21,909 bases of DNA from Elusimicrobiota bacterium. GTDB lineage: Bacteria > Elusimicrobiota > Elusimicrobia > F11. The DNA lies in the NCBI GenBank assembly GCA_046153645.1, contig JBJXGI010000048.1, positions 1 through 21,909 of the forward strand. Reading direction: 5' to 3'. Positions 1 through 9,200 of this stretch are shown here, piece by piece. Every line of letters starts with the position of its first letter. Positions within the stretch are counted from its first letter, which is position 1. The notes under the pieces are model-generated. The model had not been told where the DNA came from. It made no database searches and worked only from the letters and a program-made list of their open reading frames with translations. The translations under genes were made by a program, and so were the position numbers.

Positions 1-126
1 CCCAACCCCTCGCGCTATTCCTCTTTCTCTCCATAGGCTCATCTCCATCGAATGACTCAATATCACATCATTCATTAAAATGAGCAACGCTAGGCTGCTG
101 GCTACGATCGCTTTTTTGGGCTTCAT
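1..126 (-). CDS. 5' fragment of a third giant-protein paralog (runs off the left edge of the window)
   Basis: Manual translation from ATG at 126: MKPKKAIVASSLALLILMNDVILSHSMEMSLWRERGIARGVG, open to base 1. SD-like GAGAGGA lies just upstream. The leader matches those of the two downstream paralogs (FFAHSYETSIWKER; INDTAFLSLSQASVWEER). Confidence 0.8.
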   Translation of the reverse strand, partial: MKPKKAIVASSLALLILMNDVILSHSMEMSLWRERGIARGVG

Positions 127-250
127 AATATTCCTCTCTGTAGAATCATCACAATTTAAAGTAAATATATTTTGTCATGATTTTTAAAATTTACCACCGA
201 AGAAACAGTTAAATTCTAATGACAAGTAGTTGACGGTTGTTACAACTTTG

Positions 251-3200
251 TTACGCATTTGTACTTCCAACCACTGCAATATCAACAATAAAATCCAAAT
301 CAGTAATTCTTAAAGGTAAAGATTGCCGCAATTCATCAATTAAACTCATCCTTCCTCGAAAATTATTGAAAACAGGATTCGCAGATATATAACCTTTAGG
401 GCCGTTAAACAATTGGCAGGGAATCTCGAGGTGATAACCCATCTCTTCATTACTGAGTTGTGAAAGCCCTTCAGCCAAAGGAACCACATTTAAAACTCTT
501 CCTTTAACATGATGAGAATAAAGAGAATTATTGGATTGAACGAGGTGAATTCTGTTTTTATATTTTTTATTGATGCCATCAAATATTTTTTGGGCGTCTT
601 TATCTTTATCACCTATGATCAGAACCAGTTTTTCATTAGGAAATTCCACGAGGAAATGTTCAATAAAATTTTTATCCTCAAATGACACTGGTAAAATTCG
701 CCCTGATGGTGTCAATTTGGGAATCGAAATATCAACCGGATGAACTAAAAAGGCCAATAATGACTTTTGTAAATCATAAGAGTCCAAATGTCCTATTCCC
801 CTTGACTGCGACAATCTGGCGATGGCTTGTTCTAAAATAAAGCGATCACTTTTATTTTCAACGTTTAAATAACCGCGGTCCATACTTCCCACGCCGAGAG
901 ACTGTTCTTTTTTTAAAATTAAATTGATCGCCTTTAAATCCAACTCATTGTTATTAGATTTATCAATAAACTTGACCAACAGAGATGAAACTTCATTAAT
1001 TTTAATTTGAATGTCCAGATCAATGATCCCAGATGACTTTCCTGAAAGATTCATTTGATCAATACCCTTTTTAATGTATTCAAAATTATCTTTAAAAGTT
1101 AAAGGCGAATAAAATACTTCCGATGCCCGTGCCGCAGAAAAAGGAAAAGACAACAAAATAAAAACGATAAAAATTTTCCAGAATCTTTTTAAAAAAATGA
1201 GACTCGTTACGAACAGGACAATCGATAAAACCAGAATTGACTTATTAGAAGTTAAAAAAGAAGAACGAAGAATCATAAAAGATCCAAAACCAACGCTCAT
1301 GAAGAAAAAGGTTTTTTTCCACATTTTTTTATCTTGATGAGGTACGGGGGGTATTGTGTTTACATTTTGTTCTAACTGTGGTGATGCTTGAATATTGTCA
1401 ACAGGATCCTCATCCTGATCATCAACTGAATCTTGATAATCGACCGTTTCAACTTCTAAATTATAATTTTCAACCTTTTCTTCTCCTGCCAATGATCCAT
1501 CAGGATGAAGGCGCCAGGATCGCTCATAAAGAAGAGGTCGAGCCAAAGGATTTTTTGAATCTATTGATTTTCCATAACCTCGTTCTGAAAAGGGATGCAT
1601 ATGAGACTCGATCAATGCGCTCTTTAATTCGTCGATCGAATACCCCTTAAACTCATCGCGCCAAAAAGAAGGAGCTCCCATAATTGGCAATTTATAGACA
1701 GTTTCAACTGACTCAATACCGAGATTATCAGAAGGATAAGTAATAAAAGTCACAAATCCCACGACTTGATTAAGTTCCATGGTTGGGTTAAACATCATTT
1801 GGTTTGTTTCAACTATCCAACCATCACGACCCAACAAATCAGAACCGCCATAGTAAATTTCTTCCAGCCCTTTATCCAATGCATCTATTTTTCTTACTGA
1901 TCTATTCAACACTCTTCGAAAAAATGAGTGATCATTAGTGCGCGCTTCTATATTGCCGACAAAAGAGGGAGAGGTATCTCGGTTTATTAATTCATAAGGA
2001 CTAAATTTCTCGCCATCAATATCTTGAGGAGAGTAAACATGAAATTGAACTATACCTTGAACTGGTTCGAAAATTCGAACAATCGCTAACAAATCTTGCT
2101 CACTGTTAGGGGTTCGTCTAGGCCAAATGAATAACCGGTACATTTCACCATGAACATTTGAAGATTCGAATCGCCCGACAATGGAACTCTTTTTTCTTTC
2201 AACTCTCGCCACTATCCTTCCCGATTTGTCTTTTTCAACTCGAAATGAAACTTTTGATATTTCTCCTGTCCTAAAATCCATCCTGGTTACTGTAACTCTC
2301 CGCACGAGTCCAGCGTATGGATTATTAGGCCCATGGTATTGAAACTGAACATGTTTTTCATAACCCTCTGGAAAATTTAAATAAATAATTTTTTCAATTC
2401 GAGATGCCTCGCCTGGAACGGTCTTAGCAACGACTTTTACACCAAATGGATATTGATGGTTAGCTGTCTGCGAATCATTATTTTCATGGGCAGTACCTGC
2501 ACCTGGTTCTTTTAATGCTTCAGAGACAGGAGATAATGCCGAAACGGGAAAAAGATCTGGAGAAAAATTATATTTGTATTTTCTTTTGGGCAATAAATCC
2601 AAAAGCTGAAGATAAATATAATACCCAAGAAAAGAAATAATAAAGGCGATTATAGCTTTAAACAAAAAATCAACTGACCCAACAGGAATTTTTAAAGCGT
2701 AAACGATCCAAAACACGATCGCCGAAAAAATTGAGAGCATTAAACCCCGCGCAAAAATTTCTGTACCATTTTTCTGAAGAAGTTCCCAATGACCTTTTGA
2801 CTTTTCGTTGTCTGGCAATTTATTCTGCAGTTGCGGTTGCTCCAGAACTTTTTTTTGATTTTCAATTTTTTCTTTTACTAATGGAAAAATGACATTGAGC
2901 CAAAAAAGATAGAAAAATATTCCCGTCAAATAGGGCGCAGATTTTTTAATGAATTCAAGAAAACCATCAAGAAAAACAGCGACCTCTTCATCGACTCTGA
3001 TGCTCAATTGAGAAGTTGAGACTTCTTGTTGTGAAGGAATCGGAGGTTCAACCATGAAAACTTCAAAAGGAGCAAGTACTTCAATACGAGGAACCAATTC
3101 TAAATGTAAGCGCGGCAACTGAATCTCCGGTATTTTTAAAGAAGAGAGAATTTTTTGAAGACGGGACATAAAGTCAATCAATTTCAGAAATAACTCAACG

Positions 3201-6200
3201 GTGACACGATCATTCGATGAGGGAAGGCTATACAGAAAAAAACCTCCCCCAGGATTTACCCTTACAATCTTCCCATCGACAAGCGGAAGCGGGACAATCC
3301 CACCAGCACCAAGCTTAGAACTGTCACCAATATTCCCGCTCTTATATGTAGATGCACCCCCTAAATCTACATCAGAAAAAGTCCTGTCGAAACTACCACT
3401 AAATGGTTTTATTTCAATCGCAAGTCGAAATACATCAATGGGTTCACCTCGTTTGTTAAAAATAAACGTTTGGATTTCAATGGGGACTCGGGCTTCAGGG
3501 TTTAAAACCCCTGAGTTTAGGTAAGTGCGAATTTCAGTTGGGGAAAAATTTTTCTCAATCAATTCATAAGGCCTAATAAGATTCCCATTGATCAAACGAG
3601 GTCGAAAAATAAGTTCTCGAATGAGCACTTCGTTACCTGAGCGGTCGTTATCCCTATAAGAAATCTGAATTAACTCAATAACTTCATCACCTTGAGCATT
3701 TCTTATCTCAAGAAAAGTAGGGCGACCCAGTTGATCACGACCAGAAAACAATCCTTTAATTTCAATATCTTTTCCGTTTTCAAACCGATGTCCGTCAAAA
3801 CCAATAAGTTGCCCGTTTATGTATTTGTAATAGATGATTTCATGAAATATTTTTTCACCTGATTTGGCAAAAAGAGTGGTTACTTTTGAAAAAAGTTGTT
3901 GAAAAGAATCATATACGAATTGGACTCTGGTTGTTAACTTGGTGTTCGGATCATTAAAACTGTAACCGTACAAAAAGCCTCTATTTCTATCTATTGATCC
4001 CCTGGTTTCTCTCGGACTTGTCGGGATCGGCGAGATGGATATGACTTCCGGAATCCGGAGATCTTGATCTGGAGAAAGAACAGCAAAATCATCATCCGAA
4101 AGACCAAACGTTCCTTTATTGACCAGATACATATTCCCCTTCGCATCCACCGCAAGCGCTGAAGCGCGGGTAATCCGGCCGGGCAACTTCATCGGTTCAC
4201 CTACTTCTTTTGGATGAGTCGGATCTTGAAGATTTAATTCATGAATAAACCCATCTGCCGTTAGAACAAACAGAGTCCCTTGGTCTTGATGACGATCTGA
4301 AAGTCCCGGCGCATAAAGAATATCAGTGGGGTTTGTTATTCCCAAACTGGATAAACTCACTCGATTAAGTTCAATAAGATCTGATAAACCATAAATGATT
4401 TTAAATTTAAATACCTGCGCCTCTGGATTATTAAGAGAAGGTTCCGTTACCACATAAAACACATTTTCATCACCAGAATAAGTCACCCCCACAGGGTTTC
4501 CAGATATGGGGTAGGTTTGAGCAGGGTTAAGTGGCACCGTAATATTATTTTTGCCTTTGGGAATATCCAAAAGAGTTAAGGTAGCACTTGCACCTTTTTC
4601 TTTGGTCACAATTGCTATTCGGTCACTTCCGTTATTCTCTCCCATGAAAATAATACCTTCTGGGTTTGTTAAGCCAAAAATATTAATGATTCGAATTAAT
4701 ATCCCATCTGGGTTGATTTCATAAATGACGTTGGTTTGCCCATCGGTTGCATATAAAGTCCCACGTCCTGTGGATGTAATACTTGAAAGGCTACCAATGC
4801 TATTTTTAAAGGGAAGATTCAAACCTAATTGTTGCGTATAGGTCACCCCAGACAACTCTCCTCTAAACTGCTCCCCGGGGATCGGCGCTCCTACGGGAGT
4901 TTGAGGAATTTGTAGCGGTCGATCGGGACGGTATACCGTAAATCCGTCGTCACCCAATCCAAAGGTGCCTTTATTCGATAGGTATAGATTTCCCGCTTCA
5001 TCTATCGCCACGCCCGCTGGTTTTGTTACTCGAGTCGGCAATGTCATCTCTCCCACCAATTTCGGATTCGCCGGATCCAAGAGATTTAATTCCCAGATCG
5101 ATTGATCTGCGGCTCGGACCACGTAGAGCCTCTGATGGTCTCGGTTATCCGCAGAAAGCCCCGGCGCATAAAGAATGTCGGCTGGGTCACTGATCCCCAA
5201 ACTTGATAAATTCACTCGCGTTAGAACCAACGCCGGTCGAACCCCGTCGATTATTTTTATCTTCAATACCTGCGCATCTGGATTATTAACAGAGGGTTCT
5301 GTTACGATATAGAAAACATCTTCTGTTTTTGAATACGCTACTCCCACGGGGTTTCCAGGAACCGTATATAGGGATGTCAAAGAAACGGTTATATCCTCTA
5401 CTCCCATTGGAATGTTCACCATCACCAACGTCGCTTCCACTCCCTTTTCTTTGGTCACAATCGCTATTCGATCTGCTCCATTTTGACTGCCCATTACCAC
5501 AATCCCTTGTGGGTTCACAAGTCCCGGAATCGTTATCACGCGTCTCAATGTCCCATCTCTATTTAGTTCCAGCACACGCCCTGTCTGACCGTCGGTGGCA
5601 TACAATGTTCCTCGCGTCGTTGCCGCCAATCCAGATACACTGGCTGTATAGGGATAATCATTTACTTCTGTGAATAGGCCTCCTATTTTGACCCCGATAG
5701 GATTCCCAGTAATTCCTTTAACTTGAGTTGTGTCCAACGATATCGTAGTAGAGCCCGTCCCTCTCGGGATCTCTATCCGCGCTAACTTTGCTGGTACAGC
5801 GGGTACTGCTCCGTTGGCTGCTTGTCCTTTTATCACCACACTGATAAATTCCACTCCATTTATTTCGCTGATCCCCACCACTCCTTGCGCATCAACCAGA
5901 CCATTCACCTGAATCGTCCGAATGACTCCTCCGCTCGCATCCAATTCAAGAATCCTTTCTCCGTCCATCGCATACACCGTCCCTCTCGACGTTGTCACTT
6001 TCCCTGGAACTGTTCGAATCTCAACCGGGAAATCGGTTCCTATCACTTGGCTATACCCCACCCCAGACAACTCTCCTCTAAACTGCTCCCCGGGGATCGG
6101 CGCTCCTACCGCAGGTTGAGGAATAGCTAAGTTTCGATCGGGTGACAAAACTGAAAAATCATCATCGGTAAGCCCTAATGTCCCTTTATTTACGAGATAA

Positions 6201-9200
6201 ATATTTCCTCTCGTATCAACTGCCAGTCCGGAAGCACGGGTGATCCGACTTGGTAATTTCATAGGCTGCCCTATTTCTTTTAGGTTATTGAGGTCTTGAA
6301 GATTCAATTCATGGATAAACCCATCCGAAGTGAGGATAAAGAGTGTTTGTTGATCTTGATTATTACTGGAAAGTCCCGGTGCATAAAGAATGTCTGCTGG
6401 GTTGACAATGCCCAATTGAGCTAAATTTACTTGATTAAGTTGTAACAGGCGAGGTGCCCCGGGAACAACTTTTAGTTTAATCACCCGCGCATCTGGATTG
6501 TTCCGAGACGGTTCAGTCACGACATAAAATACGTCTTCATCGATAGAATAAGTAATCCCAACCGGATTTCCTGAAACTCCATAGGTCTGCCCAGGATTTA
6601 CGGAAACAATAATATTTTCATTTCCTAAAGGAATATCAATAATCGTTAAAAGGGCACTTACTCCCTTTTCTTTTGTGACAATGGCAACTCGGTCTATTCC
6701 ATTTTCACTTCCCATCACCACAATCCCTTGTGGATCAATTAAGCCAGGAATATGAATGGTTCGAATAAGCGTGCCATCTGGATTCATTTCATAAAGAACA
6801 TTGGTTTGGCCATCGGTGGCATATAACGTTCCTCTTCCTGTTGTGGCCACACTGGAAAGATTACCGATAATAGATTTAAATAGTAAGTCACCACCTAGTT
6901 TTTGTGTGTAATGGATGCCGGAGAGAACACCTGAAAAAAACCGCACCTGAACAGGGAGTTCTTGAGTTTCATCTGTTTGTTCAATTCCATCAGAATCAGT
7001 CGAAATAATTTTTAACTTTAATTGGTGAACCCCTACACCATTCAAAGTTAAAGTGGGAGGCGGAATTGTTCCTCGATATATTTCGATATTGTTATCGGTC
7101 CAAACATAAAGAGCATTTTCACCTGCGGGAATAAAAGTACCGTCATAATTATTAATCGTGACCACCGCTCTTCCATTCACATTGGCTTCAACAAAAGAAG
7201 GAATAGAAACCCTGGCAATAGGCGGAGGGTTACTGGCTAAATCTTTAACCCGGACTATAGTAACCGCTTCGTTAGAACCGCCATTTCCCCGAACTGAAAG
7301 TCGAACAGATGTTTCGCCTATTGGAAAATTAAAAGGTGCTTTTAAACTAACTCCAGGCTCTCCAATGCCTTGATCAACAAGTTGCCCCCCCACATAAATT
7401 GACCACTCTAATAAAGCCCCATAAGGATCATAAGTGTTGTTTGTATTCAGTGAAACAGGTTCAACACGATTATCGTCTCGATCCAAAGCCACATAGGGAC
7501 CACCTAAATTAGCTACCGGAGGTGTCAAAGGAATAATGGGATCTGGCGCAAAAACATTAAAATCATTTTCCTGAACGCCTCCGCCCACTGTTTTGCCTAA
7601 AATATACATTCGACCATCAATGCCAAATGTAAGAGCAGAAGGGTCGGGAATCCCTCTGTCAGCCAGAGAAAATTCACTAAAAACGATTGGGGCAAGGCCA
7701 GGGTTGATTTCTTTCACAGATAAATTTGTGAGAACGAATAGGTGCGGTGACAAAAGAGGGAAATAAGCAACGGCTTTCACTCTTTCACCAAGTTGCATGA
7801 GGGCACTGATATCAATTTCAGCTAATTTCTCGGAAATAAGAGAATTGGAGTTAAGTTTTATCTCAAATATTTTTTGTTTGGTTCCATCACTCACATAATA
7901 AAAAGTGTTCTTGGATGAAATATAAGTAAGCCCAACAGGATCCCCTTCCAATGAATAAACTATAGCGTCCGAGCGCGAAATAGATACTGATTCGGAACCT
8001 GGAGGAATTTTGAAAACAGCCAATTCTTTCCCTTGATTGAGAACCACCGCATAAGTATCGCCATACATCCAAATAATATCTTCGGGATCGGCTCGAGTAA
8101 TAAGAGGATCATTTCTCTTAAGTCCCGAAACATTAATTTCACGCAATAAATTACCATTGGTATCAATTTGTAAAATTTTATCAGCCCGACTTTCAGTTAT
8201 AAAAAATGTGTTATTGATTCGATTATTTGTCAGACCAGAGTATTTTCCAAAGTTGGAAGTCTGTGTAAAGGGGAAATCTTTCCCAATTTCTTGATTAAAA
8301 ATATGCCCAGCCAATGTATTTTCGGGAGAATTTAATAATAGGTGAGTACTCGATTCAACAGTGGGAACAGAAGGAAAAAGATTTAGTTGCGAAACCAAGG
8401 CCACATTTTCAATGCCTAAATGAACCATCTGAGGAAGTCCCGTAACGGCAGGAGAACCTGACAGAGCAGTGCGAACTTCCAATTCAACAACATTTAAAGG
8501 TGGAAGTAGATTTTTCGGAAACGTAATTGCTGATATTTTTTTCTTAAGAAGTTTGAACCACTTCCCAATAGTATTAAAACCAAAATAGCTTGATGTAACG
8601 GGCTGTGGAGTAGGCGTTACAATAATGTCTTCCAGATACAGACTATGGCCCAAATCGAATTCAGGAAACTTTCGGTTTGCAAATTCGACTGGTGACAAAC
8701 CAGTACCAGAACCATCTACTATTATTTCTTTAACACTCTCACTTCTAAACTTTTTTAAAAAAAGTATAAACCAATCATAAAGGGTTTTTTTCTCGGCTAC
8801 CGAGCTTTCCATCGACTTAATTTTTGGAGCAGGTTCTCCCAAATTAAGAGGCTTTATATTATTTTTTCGTTTTACCGCTCTCTCTAGCTGAACTTCAGCG
8901 ATAATGCCCTCACCAGAATTCGCTTGAAGAATACTTTTAAGTAAAAGTAATTGTGATTCTGGTTCCTTTTTAAATTGAGCACGGGCCTTTTCAACTATTT
9001 TAGACAAGAAAGCCACCAATCCAAGCCCTTGAGAAGGATTGGGCGCGAGAAAGAGTTTTTCTCCCATCACTAATTTCTCAAGTGGCGTTTTTTCTTGTGT
9101 GAAGACACTTAAATAATCATGCCCAGTCATATCGTTAACTTTTGTTATTTTTGGAACAAATGAAACAGTAGAAATACCCGCTTGTGCTAAGCGCGCCTTA

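Larger units (their letters stand above)
4050..6925 (-). repeat. Intragenic tandem beta-propeller repeats (3 full units of ~270-290 aa plus 1 truncated unit)
   Basis: Recurring RGTLYATDGQT, GNPVG[IV][TA]YS, DILYAPGLS and NKGT[LF]GL.DD.F in units at about 6925-6059, 5650-4844 and 4843-4050. A partial unit lies at about 6058-5650. Confidence 0.85.

Noticed and set aside
1560..1610. ESHMHP as a JAB/MPN metalloprotease motif
   Set aside because: Downstream spacing does not fit HxH-x7-S-x2-D; too weak without a profile search.
3400..3990. RHS/YD-repeat toxin core
   Set aside because: Only isolated YD/RD-GR-like words; no periodic YD repeats or DPxG cleavage motif.
4050..6925. CRISPR array or DGR template/variable repeat pair
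   Set aside because: The repeats are in-frame protein modules with no spacer periodicity. The 51-bp pair has no adenine-specific mismatches, and no reverse transcriptase or cas gene is present.
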